Of a stretch of DNA of 64,000 bases, positions 28,655-38,723 are shown piece after piece; within the stretch, counting starts at the first letter, position 1, and each line of letters opens with the position of its first letter. A program made the position numbers and the translations under genes. The notes beneath the pieces are model-generated. The model did not search any database, was not told the DNA's origin, and worked only from the letters and a program-made list of their open reading frames with translations. The stretch lies in sequence record SRR2962707_2549; one strand, given 5' to 3'.

Positions 28655-29395
28655 CTAAGCGTTTTCGATAGCGCCGGTAATAAGACCTGTAACTTCTTCT
28701 GGTGATGAATCGCTTGCCGCCTTTTTGGCGACGAGTTGACCACGCCGAAGAACGGCAATTCGGTCGGACACAGAAAATACGTCGGGCATACGATGGCTAA
28801 TAAGTATCACGCTGATGCCTCGGTCCCTTAGGCGTCGAATGAGATCAAGAACTTCCGCAACCTGCCGCACAGAAATCGCGGCTGTCGGTTCATCCATCAT
28901 GACGATCTTCGGTTCGGATAGCAGCGTGCGCGCGATCGCTACGGCTTGGCGCTGGCCACCTGACATTTTGCGAACGAGATCGCGTGAGCGTGTTTCTGAT
29001 TTGAGTTGTTTGAACAAGTCGGCTGAAACCGAATTCATCCGCGCGTAGTCAATATATTTAATTGGTCCCAGTTTGCGCTGGGGTTCTCTGCCGAGAAACA
29101 CATTGGATGCCGCAGACAGATTATCACACAGAGCCAGGTCTTGATAAACCATCTCAATCCCAACCTGCTGTGCATCAATAGGCTTGTGGAAAACGACTGG
29201 TTTATCATCAATTTTAATTTCACCAGTCGACGGCCGAAAGTTTCCGGCAATAATTTTGACCAGCGTGGATTTGCCCGCCCCATTATCTCCCATTAGCCCG
29301 AGAACCTCTCCCGGCTCGATAATAAGTGAAACATTGGAGAGCGCTTGAATCGCCCCAAAGTTCTTTGAAATTCCTGAAATATTAAGCCTCGACAT
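28655..29395 (-). CDS. Single-domain sugar ABC ATPase
   Basis: GDNGAGKST, MSGGQRQ and DEPT. Confidence 0.92.
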   Translation of the reverse strand: MSRLNISGISKNFGAIQALSNVSLIIEPGEVLGLMGDNGAGKSTLVKIIAGNFRPSTGEIKIDDKPVVFHKPIDAQQVGIEMVYQDLALCDNLSAASNVFLGREPQRKLGPIKYIDYARMNSVSADLFKQLKSETRSRDLVRKMSGGQRQAVAIARTLLSEPKIVMMDEPTAAISVRQVAEVLDLIRRLRDRGISVILISHRMPDVFSVSDRIAVLRRGQLVAKKAASDSSPEEVTGLITGAIENA

Positions 29396-29452
29396 TGTTC
29401 CTCCTCATGCCGTTCGATTTTTCGACTCGCTTATGCGGCTCCCACCCATTCG

Positions 29453-29464
29453 TTAATCGATTAA
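29453..29464. promoter_or_regulatory. Candidate LacI operator
   Basis: Perfect palindrome TTAATCGATTAA (central CG) in the divergent promoter. Confidence 0.55.
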
Positions 29465-29561
29465 TAATTTTATTAGTAATTACTTGACTAAATATTATTA
29501 GTAAACATATTATCTTTCAAAATTGAATTTAATAATCTGACGTGCATATGGGGAGGACTGA

Positions 29562-30542
29562 ATGAAGCTGCTTGTAACAGGCGCTGCAGGTAAAGTTGGA
29601 CAGGCGTTTGTTCCGGCATTTCTGGCCGATTCCCGTTTTGCTGACTGGGAGGTTGTCGCGCTTTGCAACAATCGGCTCATAGATGAGCAAGAGCGTGTCT
29701 CTATTGTCTCAGGGTCAATGTCAGACGAGGTTATTGTTGCAAAAGCATTGGCTGGTGTGACCCATGTGCTCCATCTGGCGGCAGTCAAAGAGTCTCCGGA
29801 TTTAATTTTCGACGTCGCACTAAAAGGACTTTTCCTGCTTCTCGAAAAATTTCGCACTTCGCAGACCGCGAGCCAGTTCATCTTGCTCAGTGGTGATTGC
29901 GTGGTCGGTCATATTTTTCAGCAGTATGAAGAGCCGGTTACCGAAACGTCAGAGCGCAGGTCTTATCAAGGCTGTTATGCGATGACTAAGGTTCTCGAAG
30001 AGACAATGCTTGAACAATACGGCGTTCAGTATGGTGTGAACTGGGCAACGCTGCGTGCGCCTTGGATCATGGAGAAAGACGATTTTCGTTTTGCTCTCGA
30101 TCTTGGTGAAGACCAATTCGGTGGACCGCCATGGGCGGATCTGATGGATGAAACGTCGTTAGAGCATTCCCAAGGTGGAAGCTATGTGCCCGTCCTAAAG
30201 GATTCAAAGGGCGATTACTTAAAGCGGAACTTTGTACACGTTGATGATCTGGTTTCGGCCATTTTGGCAACGATTGGCAATCCGCGTGCGGATGGTCAAC
30301 TTTTCAATATTTCGATGGATGAACCCGTTGATTATGGCGTTGTGGGAGAGCTTCTCAATGAAAAAAATGGCTTAGAGCCAATTGAGATAGACACGCCATT
30401 TCACAGCAATTGGTTTGACAATTCAAAGGCGAGATTGGTGCTCGGGTGGAGGCCAAAATTTGGACTCGAGCAGCTTATTGATCACGCATGGCAATACGAG
30501 CGTGAGCAAAACGACCCACGTATTGTTTGGTATCCCGGCTAA
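29562..30542 (+). CDS. NAD-dependent epimerase/dehydratase family oxidoreductase
   Basis: TGAAGKVG, HLAA, YAMTK and FVHVDD. Confidence 0.88.
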   Translation: MKLLVTGAAGKVGQAFVPAFLADSRFADWEVVALCNNRLIDEQERVSIVSGSMSDEVIVAKALAGVTHVLHLAAVKESPDLIFDVALKGLFLLLEKFRTSQTASQFILLSGDCVVGHIFQQYEEPVTETSERRSYQGCYAMTKVLEETMLEQYGVQYGVNWATLRAPWIMEKDDFRFALDLGEDQFGGPPWADLMDETSLEHSQGGSYVPVLKDSKGDYLKRNFVHVDDLVSAILATIGNPRADGQLFNISMDEPVDYGVVGELLNEKNGLEPIEIDTPFHSNWFDNSKARLVLGWRPKFGLEQLIDHAWQYEREQNDPRIVWYPG

Positions 30543-30582
30543 AGCACGAAGCCTAGTCGGATTAAATGGAGGAGGAAATACT

Positions 30583-31575
30583 ATGAGAATGAAATTACTG
30601 GCTATGACGGCCTTGTCGATTGCGACAATAGCGAGCGCTTCTGCATTCGCGCAGGAGAAAAAAACCTTAGCGATCGTCGTTAAGGGATTGGATAATCCAT
30701 TTTTCGAGCAGATTAATCTGGGCTGTAAAAAATGGCTATCTGAGAACGCAGACAGCGAATATGAATGCCTATATACAGGACCAGCGTCTTCTGCTGACGA
30801 AGCGGGCGAAGTTCAAATCGTTGACGATCTACTAACACGCGGTGTTGCAGCGATTGCTATTTCGCCGTCAAACGCACCAGCAATGGCAAACCGCATTCGT
30901 GCGATTGCACCATCTGTCCCTGTAATGACTGTGGATGCTGACTTCCTAGATGCTGACCATGATTTGCGCAAAACTTACCTTGGTACAGACAACTATCTAA
31001 TGGGCGTAAAAATGGCAGAAGAAGCAAGCAAGCTCAAAAAAGATGGCGGCAGCGTTTGCCTTCAGTTGGGCAACGTCGCAGCCGCTAACATCAATGCCCG
31101 TGCGCAAGGTTTCCGCGACACGATTGCAGGCGCTAAAGATGTTGATCGTCTAACAGGTCAAAACGGTTGGACAGAAGTTGAGGGATGTCCTGTTTACACG
31201 AATGACCAAGCCGATCTTGCTAACCAGCAGATGTCTGATGTGTTCACAGCGAATGCTGATCTTGATGCATTCATCTTGATTGGTGGCTGGGCGCAGTTTG
31301 CACCGCAAGCCTATGCTCAGGTGACTGACCAAGTGATGGACAAGCTGAAAAGCCAAGACCTTATCATCATCGCTGGCGACACATTGCCTCCGCAAACTAA
31401 GGCGTTCCGTGAAGGCCGTAGCCATGCGCAGGTTGGTCAGCGCCCATTCGAAATGGGATATCGTGCACCCGATGTTATGATCCAGTTGATCAATGGCGAG
31501 ACTGTAGAAGACCCGCTATTTACAGGACTTGATGTTTGTAACACTGAAGATGCAGGCTTCTGCGCCGACAACTAA
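30583..31575 (+). CDS. Sugar ABC substrate-binding protein
   Basis: Signal peptide, NPFF, GTDNY and VGQRP; GGAGG SD. Confidence 0.9.
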   Translation: MRMKLLAMTALSIATIASASAFAQEKKTLAIVVKGLDNPFFEQINLGCKKWLSENADSEYECLYTGPASSADEAGEVQIVDDLLTRGVAAIAISPSNAPAMANRIRAIAPSVPVMTVDADFLDADHDLRKTYLGTDNYLMGVKMAEEASKLKKDGGSVCLQLGNVAAANINARAQGFRDTIAGAKDVDRLTGQNGWTEVEGCPVYTNDQADLANQQMSDVFTANADLDAFILIGGWAQFAPQAYAQVTDQVMDKLKSQDLIIIAGDTLPPQTKAFREGRSHAQVGQRPFEMGYRAPDVMIQLINGETVEDPLFTGLDVCNTEDAGFCADN

Positions 31576-31724
31576 AACTCCCAGAGCGGTGGGGTCGCCT
31601 TAAATGGCGGCCTCATCTTTGGGCGTAAGAAATCGACCATCAACAATCCATTCAATATTGGCAGGCCGCGCGAACGGTTTGTCTGTCGCGGTCTTGGTTG
31701 AACAAGACGCAGAAGGAGTCGAAC

Positions 31725-32672
31725 ATGTACAAATTTAAGATGATATTACTCGCTGCAAGCGTTGCATTTACTGCAAGTGCTGCGGTAGCAGAAGAAAAGC
31801 CAGCGCTCGCATTTGTGGTGAACGCAGCTTCTGATTTTTGGAAACTCGCTGAAGCAGGCGTAAAAGCCGCCGGCGCAGAATTGCCGGGTTATGAATTACA
31901 GTTCCGTTACCCTGCACAGGGCACAGCCGCGTTGCAGAACGCTCTTATGGATGATTTGGTAGCCGCTGGTACAGATGCAATCATGATTTCATCGGCTGAT
32001 CCGAAAAACTCTATCGATGCCTTTAACCGCATCGCGGCCCAAGTGCCTTTGTTCACAACTGATAGTGATGCGCCAGATAGCAACCGCGTCGCCTATCTTG
32101 GTTCATCGAATACTTTAGCTGGCGTTCAGGCCGGTGAAATCGCAGTTAAGGCAATGCCAGACGGCGGAAAGTGCATGGGTTTCGTTGGCTTCTTAGGAGC
32201 AGACAATGCGATCGAGCGCATCGCCGGTTTCCGTGAAGCAATCAAAGGTTCAGGCATCGAACTCGTCGATGTACGCGGCGACGATGTGGACTTTGCTCGT
32301 GCCCGTTCTAATGTTGATGATGTGCTTGCTGCAAGCCCAGAAATCAACTGCATGGTTGGTTTCTATTCATACAACCCACCTAAAATTTATGAAGCATTGC
32401 AGGCAGCTGGCAAACTTGGCGAAGTTACCGTTGTTGGCTTTGACGAAGACCCAATTACACTTGGCGCTGTGCGCGAGGGAAGTTTTGTTGGGACTGTGGT
32501 TCAGGACCCATACCAGTGGGGCTACCGTGGCATGAAGTTGATGGCAGCATATCTGGAAGGCGACAAGTCTGAAATTCCAGCAGATGGCCTGATCATCGTG
32601 CCGACTAAAAAGATCGACAAATCTAATGTTGATGCTTTTGAAGCTGAGTTGAAAGCCCGCATTAACGGCTAA
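31725..32672 (+). CDS. Second sugar ABC substrate-binding protein
   Basis: Signal peptide, DFW, TDSDAP, VGFD and VVQDP. Confidence 0.9.
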   Translation: MYKFKMILLAASVAFTASAAVAEEKPALAFVVNAASDFWKLAEAGVKAAGAELPGYELQFRYPAQGTAALQNALMDDLVAAGTDAIMISSADPKNSIDAFNRIAAQVPLFTTDSDAPDSNRVAYLGSSNTLAGVQAGEIAVKAMPDGGKCMGFVGFLGADNAIERIAGFREAIKGSGIELVDVRGDDVDFARARSNVDDVLAASPEINCMVGFYSYNPPKIYEALQAAGKLGEVTVVGFDEDPITLGAVREGSFVGTVVQDPYQWGYRGMKLMAAYLEGDKSEIPADGLIIVPTKKIDKSNVDAFEAELKARING

Positions 32673-32756
32673 CAGGAGTTTACGTGCCTGTTTAGGCTGC
32701 GCGGATATCCCGAGTTCGCGCAGCCGCCATTTTTCTTATTTGCTAGGTTAAACCCA

Positions 32757-34265
32757 ATGACTCAAAATAGAGCCAATCCAATATCGCTCAATCTCAGTGG
32801 GATTACCAAAGTTTATCCAGGTGCCGTTGCACTCAATAATGTATCTTTGAGTTTGCGCGGCGGTGAAGTTGTCGGCCTCATTGGCGAAAATGGCGCCGGA
32901 AAATCAACCTTAATGAAGGTGCTCAGTGGTGCGATTGCACCTGATGAGGGCAAAATTATAATAGACGGGCAGGAGGTTAGTGAACTCACGCCTGCAGAAG
33001 TTAATGAGCGCGGCATCGCGCTTGTTCATCAAGAACTAAATCCCTTTTCTAATCTCGATGTAACCGCAAATGTGCTTCTTGGCCGCGAAATGCGCCATGG
33101 CGTATTTGGTTTTCTAGATCATTCTGCAATGGAAAAAAGGGTTGCCCCGATCCTCGAAATGCTTGGGGCGCGCTTCGGTCCTAAAGATTCAGTAGCCGAA
33201 CTTTCGCTTGCCGATCAGCAATTGCTTGAAATTGCGCGAGCGCTCTCAATTAATCTGCGCCTGCTCATTCTAGACGAACCCACATCAAGTTTGACCATTT
33301 CTGAAACGAAACGGCTGCTCGATGTCATTCGCCGTTTAAGCGCAAACGGCGTAGCCGTTCTCTTTATCACCCATCGCTTGGGAGAAATTGAAGATGTGGC
33401 AAGCCGTGTGGTGGCGCTGCGTGATGGGTGTAATGCGGGAGAATTGACCCGCAGCGAGATCAACAAAGAAACAATGGTCCGCATGATGATCGGGCGCGAC
33501 ATTAATCAGCTGTATAAAAAGACCGAGCATGCGGTCGGCGGCACACCAGTGTTGGAAATTAAGGACGTGCGGACTGAGACCTATCCGCATCAGTCGATCA
33601 ATCTGAATATTCATGCGGGTGAAATTTGCTCGCTCGCAGGGCTTGTCGGCGCAGGGCGCACAGAGCTTGCGCGCGCAATCTTTGGCATTGATCCCATTGA
33701 AGGCGGAAGCATTATTATGGAAGGCCAAGCTTTGGCGGGGAACTCTGTTCCCGAAGCTATTGGCGCAGGCATATGCCTTGTTCCTGAAGATCGAAAGGCG
33801 GAAGGCCTCTTTTTAGATTTCTCAATCACCGAGAACATCGCGATGCCAAGTCACACGGCGCTTTCAAAGCGGGGCATGGTTGATTTTGATGCGGAAACCA
33901 AGCTTGCGGAATCATCAAGAGAAACATTTGGTATCAAAGCATCCAGCCTCGATCGTGCTGTCGCAGAACTATCGGGTGGAAATCAACAAAAAGTAGTCCT
34001 GTCTAAATGGTTGGCCATGAAGCCCAAGCTGATCATTCTGGATGAGCCAACGCGCGGCGTTGATGTTGGCGCTAAGGCAGAGATTTATCACCTAATGCAA
34101 AAACTGGCTGCCAGCGGTGTCGCGCTGCTCATGATCTCATCGGATATGGAAGAAGTCATCGGTATATCCGACAGAGTAGCGGTTATGTGCGCTGGCCGTA
34201 TCAGCGGTATTCTCAATCATAACGAACTAACAGAAGAAACAATTCTACGCCTTGCTGTGGAATAA
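32757..34265 (+). CDS. Two-domain sugar ABC ATPase (RbsA-like)
   Basis: GENGAGKST, LSGGNQQK and DEPTRGVDVG. Confidence 0.94.
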   Translation: MTQNRANPISLNLSGITKVYPGAVALNNVSLSLRGGEVVGLIGENGAGKSTLMKVLSGAIAPDEGKIIIDGQEVSELTPAEVNERGIALVHQELNPFSNLDVTANVLLGREMRHGVFGFLDHSAMEKRVAPILEMLGARFGPKDSVAELSLADQQLLEIARALSINLRLLILDEPTSSLTISETKRLLDVIRRLSANGVAVLFITHRLGEIEDVASRVVALRDGCNAGELTRSEINKETMVRMMIGRDINQLYKKTEHAVGGTPVLEIKDVRTETYPHQSINLNIHAGEICSLAGLVGAGRTELARAIFGIDPIEGGSIIMEGQALAGNSVPEAIGAGICLVPEDRKAEGLFLDFSITENIAMPSHTALSKRGMVDFDAETKLAESSRETFGIKASSLDRAVAELSGGNQQKVVLSKWLAMKPKLIILDEPTRGVDVGAKAEIYHLMQKLAASGVALLMISSDMEEVIGISDRVAVMCAGRISGILNHNELTEETILRLAVE

Positions 34266-34277
34266 AAGGATCGCATT

Positions 34278-35267
34278 ATGCATAAAAAAGACATTGGCCT
34301 TGCGACGCTTGTGCTCACAGTTGGTGCCATCGTAGCGCTCTACAATCCGCGATTTCTCTCGCCGGTTAATCTGGCTAATACAGCAAACCTGATCGGACTA
34401 TTTGGCCTGTTTTCGATTGCTGAGGCTTTCGTCATTGTAACTGCTGGCATTGAATTGTCGATCGGTTCTGTGATCGCACTGCTTGGCGTAATCTTCATCG
34501 ATTTGATTTCAACGCACGGCGTTTCGTGGCCGCTGGCGCTGGCAATCGTTGCCATGATTTCAGTCTTAATTGGGTTGTTGCATGGATGGCTGATTACACG
34601 CTTAAAGCTGCAACCATTTGTCGTCACATTATGTGGGCTTCTCATTTATCGCGGCATTGCGCGTTTTTATACGAAGGACGGCACCGCCGGTTTTAGTTTT
34701 GGTGCAGATTTTCCAACATTGGAGTTTTTGGTCTCGGGCCGTACCGCAGGCATCCCCCATTCGATTTTCGCATTCGGGCTTGTCGCAATCGTTTCATGGT
34801 TCCTCTTGCATCGCACGGTGTTTGGCAGGCATCTTTTTGCCGTCGGTAAGAACGAGCAGGCGGCGCGCTATTCTGGCATCAACACCACACGCGTTATCAT
34901 TCAGGCCTATGTATTATGCGCCTTTCTGACGGGTATCTCCGCTATATTCTTCGCCATGTATACCCGCTCTGTTCAGCCATCATCCCACGGCAATTTCTAT
35001 GAGCTCTATGGCATTGCCGCAGCTGTGCTTGGCGGGTTTTCTCTGCGCGGTGGCGAAGGCTCAATTGTCGGCGTTGTACTGGGCGTGATATTGCTGCAGG
35101 TCTTGCAAAATCTCGTGAACCTTCTGGGCATTCCATCGTCGCTGAATTTCGCTGTAATGGGCAGTGTCATTCTGGCGGGCGTTATCGCAGATACACAATT
35201 TGCAAGCTACCGCGAAAGGCGTAGGCGGCAAACTGCAATGTCATTGCTGGAAAAGAATACCCAGTAA
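34278..35267 (+). CDS. Sugar ABC permease
   Basis: GIELSIGS and YELYGIAAAVLGG. Confidence 0.92.
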   Translation: MHKKDIGLATLVLTVGAIVALYNPRFLSPVNLANTANLIGLFGLFSIAEAFVIVTAGIELSIGSVIALLGVIFIDLISTHGVSWPLALAIVAMISVLIGLLHGWLITRLKLQPFVVTLCGLLIYRGIARFYTKDGTAGFSFGADFPTLEFLVSGRTAGIPHSIFAFGLVAIVSWFLLHRTVFGRHLFAVGKNEQAARYSGINTTRVIIQAYVLCAFLTGISAIFFAMYTRSVQPSSHGNFYELYGIAAAVLGGFSLRGGEGSIVGVVLGVILLQVLQNLVNLLGIPSSLNFAVMGSVILAGVIADTQFASYRERRRRQTAMSLLEKNTQ

Positions 35268-35279
35268 CGACACGATGGA

Positions 35280-35660
35280 TTAATCGAGGTGAAAAACCTC
35301 TTCCATGCTTGCCCACCATTCACCTTCAGCACGGTTTTCAAGCGGTTGCTGCATTGGGCCGCATAAGGCCCACCATTCCTGCGTGATCGGATCACTCGCA
35401 ATGGCCGTGTTGTCAGCCTCAAAATCATCGCCCGTATATTCCCAATAGCTGAACATAAGGTTTTCTGGCTGTTTTAAATAGATCGAATAGTTTGTGATGT
35501 TTGAATCGCGCAACCTTTGCAGAACAGCTGGCCATACATCAGCGTGAAGCCGTTTGTATTCTTCAAGAAATTCGGGCTTCAAGCCAATCACCATGCCCAT
35601 GCGTTGATGATTGGTTTTTGGGTGGCTCTGCACTTCTTCGTCAGCAGTTTTAGAATTCAT
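35280..35660 (-). CDS. L-rhamnose mutarotase family protein
   Basis: EYKRLH..VWP, NYSIY, WW and MEEVFHLD. Confidence 0.9.
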   Translation of the reverse strand: MNSKTADEEVQSHPKTNHQRMGMVIGLKPEFLEEYKRLHADVWPAVLQRLRDSNITNYSIYLKQPENLMFSYWEYTGDDFEADNTAIASDPITQEWWALCGPMQQPLENRAEGEWWASMEEVFHLD

Positions 35661-36511
35661 TGCTCATTATCCAATCCATAAAAACGTGTGGCTGTGCCGC
35701 CGTAAACTGCGCAGCGTTCATCTTGATTGAGGTCACCTAGTAGATGGTCAGATGCGCTACACCAGCGATCATAATCGCCTGCTAAATTAAGCACCGGCCA
35801 ATCGCTTCCCCACATGATGCGATCAGCGCCGAAGCATGTGATGACGTGGTCTACAATCGGTTGCAATCGCTCGGCATTCCAATCTCCACCAAACTCATTG
35901 GCAAGGCCCGAGATCTTGCAATGGATGTTGGGCAAGCGCGCGAGTTCAGCCATGCCATCGCGCCATGCATCGCCCGCATCTGCACCATTGGCAATTACTG
36001 GCTTTGCGCAGTGGTCGATCACAATCGGCAAATTAGGAATTTCCCGCGCCACCTCAGCCAAAACATCTAAATGGCGCGGTACGATCAGTGCATCTAACCG
36101 CAACCCCTGTTCGGCAAGAGTGCGAAGATTTTTGATAATGCGCGGCCCTTTGATCCAATGCGTGTCGTCGATGTCCTGCAACATCGGTCTCACACCTTTG
36201 AAAGCGGGGCTCTTTGACAACTGCTGCAATGTTTCAGGTGCATCTTCTGCTTCTAAATCGACCCAGCCGACAACACCTTTTATGAAGCTGTTCTTTGCGG
36301 CCAACCCAATTAAAAATTCAGTTTCCGCCACTGTGGCTGCAGCCTGAACGACCACGGTCCCAGCAATGTCGTGACGGGCAAGATGCGGTTTTATGTCTGG
36401 CGGTAAAATATCATGGCAAATGCTGGCTTCTGCTCCGCCCATCCATGTGTAGTCGCCACGCGAAATTTGCCAAAAATGTTGATGTGCGTCGATTCTGACT
36501 GACTGCGACAT
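35657..36511 (-). CDS. Amidohydrolase-family sugar lactonase (L-fucono/L-galactono-lactonase-like)
   Basis: IDAHQHFW, IDHCAKP, KISGL and WGSDWPV. Confidence 0.88.
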   Translation of the reverse strand: MSQSVRIDAHQHFWQISRGDYTWMGGAEASICHDILPPDIKPHLARHDIAGTVVVQAAATVAETEFLIGLAAKNSFIKGVVGWVDLEAEDAPETLQQLSKSPAFKGVRPMLQDIDDTHWIKGPRIIKNLRTLAEQGLRLDALIVPRHLDVLAEVAREIPNLPIVIDHCAKPVIANGADAGDAWRDGMAELARLPNIHCKISGLANEFGGDWNAERLQPIVDHVITCFGADRIMWGSDWPVLNLAGDYDRWCSASDHLLGDLNQDERCAVYGGTATRFYGLDNEQ

Positions 36512-36560
36512 TGCTGTTTCCCATACTCAGCTTGTTCAAGCAGAATGCTAGCTTGACTTT

Positions 36561-36586
36561 AATTGTTTAGTATAATTAAAAACAAT
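36561..36586. promoter_or_regulatory. Candidate GntR operator 1
   Basis: AATTGTTTAGTATAATTAAAAACAAT (ATTGTTT...AAACAAT dyad); 21/26 identical to 39677-39702. Confidence 0.55.
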
Positions 36587-36633
36587 GTAATTAAATGCGC
36601 CAGTCCGTCAATAGGCTTCAAGGAATAATACCC

Positions 36634-37746
36634 ATGCAATCAACGCCAATTTTACAGTTCGGTACGAGCCGCTTTTTGCAGGCCCATGCCGATCTTTTTA
36701 TATCTCAGGCGATGGATGCGGGGCAGGCTGTCGGACCGATCACGGTGGTGCAAAGCTCAGGTGATCCGGCGCGTGCCAAGCGACTTGAAGGATTAATTGG
36801 CGCTTACCCAGTGCATGTTGAAGGGCTAGAGAACGGCCAAAAAGTGCAAGAAAAAATCGCAGTGCGCAGCGTAGCGCGCACTTTGTCGACTGCCGTTCAG
36901 TGGACGGAAATTGCACGCATATTTGTTCAAGAGGCAGAGTTTGTTCTGTCTAACACTGGCGATAAAGGGTTTGCGCCTCAAGCCGCTGACATGGAGCCTG
37001 ACTTTACGCAGGCAATGTCATATCCCGCTAAATTGACGCATTTATTGCGCCTGCGTTTTGCGCAAAATGCCAAACCAATTCAAATTATGCCGATGGAATT
37101 AATCGCTGAAAATGGCGCAGTGCTTAAACGGCGCGTCTTAGAAGTTGCGGAAAATGATAGCGCAGATTTTAAACGCTATTTGGAAGAAGATGTGATCTGG
37201 GTAAACTCATTGGTGGACCGGATCGTCTCTGAACCGCTGGAACCTGCCGGCGCTGTGGCCGAACCTTATGCTTTGTGGGCGATTGAAGACCAACCCAAAT
37301 TAAAGGTTCTTTGTGAACATGAGAGTATCAAAATTGTGCCGTCGCTTGAGGAAATAGAGGCACTCAAATTATTCGTTTTGAATCTTGGCCATACGTTCTT
37401 TGCAGACCGCTGGCTTTCCGCCAACGGTGATAATAGTGTGCTCGTGCGCCAGCTGATGGATAATGAAACGGAAGTTTCCGCTTTGAAACAGGTTTTGGAA
37501 AACGAAGTTCGACCTGCCTTTGTTGCGGCGGGTCTTCAACAGCAGTTTGACGCTTATGTGCCGATCACATTGGACCGTTTTGCCAATCCTTTTTTGGATC
37601 ATAAAATTGCAGACATCGCTCAAAATCATGCTCAAAAAATAGAGCGAAGAATTGCGGCGCTGCTCGATTGGGCGGCCCAACAGGGCGATGAATCTAACAA
37701 GCCTATTCTACGTGAAATCGTGAACCGCAATCAAAAGAGTGCATGA
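36634..37746 (+). CDS. Mannitol dehydrogenase family (UxaB-like tagaturonate reductase)
   Basis: LQFG..RFL.AH.D, NSLVDRIV, AEPY.LW and KLFVLNLGHT. Confidence 0.85.
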   Translation: MQSTPILQFGTSRFLQAHADLFISQAMDAGQAVGPITVVQSSGDPARAKRLEGLIGAYPVHVEGLENGQKVQEKIAVRSVARTLSTAVQWTEIARIFVQEAEFVLSNTGDKGFAPQAADMEPDFTQAMSYPAKLTHLLRLRFAQNAKPIQIMPMELIAENGAVLKRRVLEVAENDSADFKRYLEEDVIWVNSLVDRIVSEPLEPAGAVAEPYALWAIEDQPKLKVLCEHESIKIVPSLEEIEALKLFVLNLGHTFFADRWLSANGDNSVLVRQLMDNETEVSALKQVLENEVRPAFVAAGLQQQFDAYVPITLDRFANPFLDHKIADIAQNHAQKIERRIAALLDWAAQQGDESNKPILREIVNRNQKSA

Positions 37747-38723
37747 TGAAAATGCAGTTAAATCGCGTTGGACGCACAAATGTTTCAGTCACATCCTTGT
37801 CCCTCGGTGGGGCCAGCATCGGCAATCTAGGCCATGCGATTAGTGATGCGGCGGCAAACGAAGTTCTGGAGAAGGCTTGGGAAGGCGGCATCCGCTATTT
37901 TGATACAGCACCCCGTTATGGGCGCGGTCTATCCGAACAACGTATGGGCGCGTTCTTTGCCGATAAGAACCGCGACGACTTTGTTATTTCGACGAAGGTT
38001 GGCCGTGTGCTCACGCCATCAGAACCGTTGGAAGTGGCCGATGGCTTCCTAAATCCTTTGCCCAATAGCGTCCATTATGATTATTCCGGCGAGGGCATAC
38101 TTAAAAGCTTCGAAAACAGTTGCGAGCGTTTACGCACCTCACGCGTGGATATTATATATGTTCACGATATTGGCGATTATACGCATGGTGCTAAAGAGGG
38201 CGCGCGGCATATGGCCGATCTTTTAGGGTCGGGCATGAGCGTTTTGAGTGATCTCAAAAAGGCTGGACGCATCGGCGCTATCGGTCTTGGGGTTAACGAG
38301 TCTCAGGTTTGCATTGATGTAATGAAGCAAACACCGCTCGATGTTATTCTGCTTGCTGGGCGTTTAACGCTGTTAGATCGGCAGGCTGAGGCGCAGCTAC
38401 TTGGCCTTTGTAAAGAGCAGGCAGTAAGTCTCGTCTTGGGCGGTATATTCAACTCAGGTATTTTAGCGACAGGCCCAGTGCCTGGGGCATGGTTTGATTA
38501 TGAGCCTGCGAGCGATGAGATCATGGATCAAGTGCGGATTCTTGAGGAAAGAGCACAACAGGTTGGTTTGACACTGGCAGAAGCAGCGCTGCAATTTGGA
38601 TTAAATCACCCTGCTGCTTGTTCCGTATTGATTGGCGCCGGAAATACCGACTTGTTGCAACGCAATTTTGATGCTGCGCAGATTGAACTATCCGAAGCGG
38701 CACGCTTATTTGTGACGCGCTAA
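37743..38723 (+). CDS. Aldo/keto reductase (L-fucose/L-galactose 1-dehydrogenase-like)
   Basis: LGGA.IGNL, FDTAP.YG.G.SE, STKVGR, VHD and GGIFNSGILA. Confidence 0.85.
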   Translation: MMKMQLNRVGRTNVSVTSLSLGGASIGNLGHAISDAAANEVLEKAWEGGIRYFDTAPRYGRGLSEQRMGAFFADKNRDDFVISTKVGRVLTPSEPLEVADGFLNPLPNSVHYDYSGEGILKSFENSCERLRTSRVDIIYVHDIGDYTHGAKEGARHMADLLGSGMSVLSDLKKAGRIGAIGLGVNESQVCIDVMKQTPLDVILLAGRLTLLDRQAEAQLLGLCKEQAVSLVLGGIFNSGILATGPVPGAWFDYEPASDEIMDQVRILEERAQQVGLTLAEAALQFGLNHPAACSVLIGAGNTDLLQRNFDAAQIELSEAARLFVTR

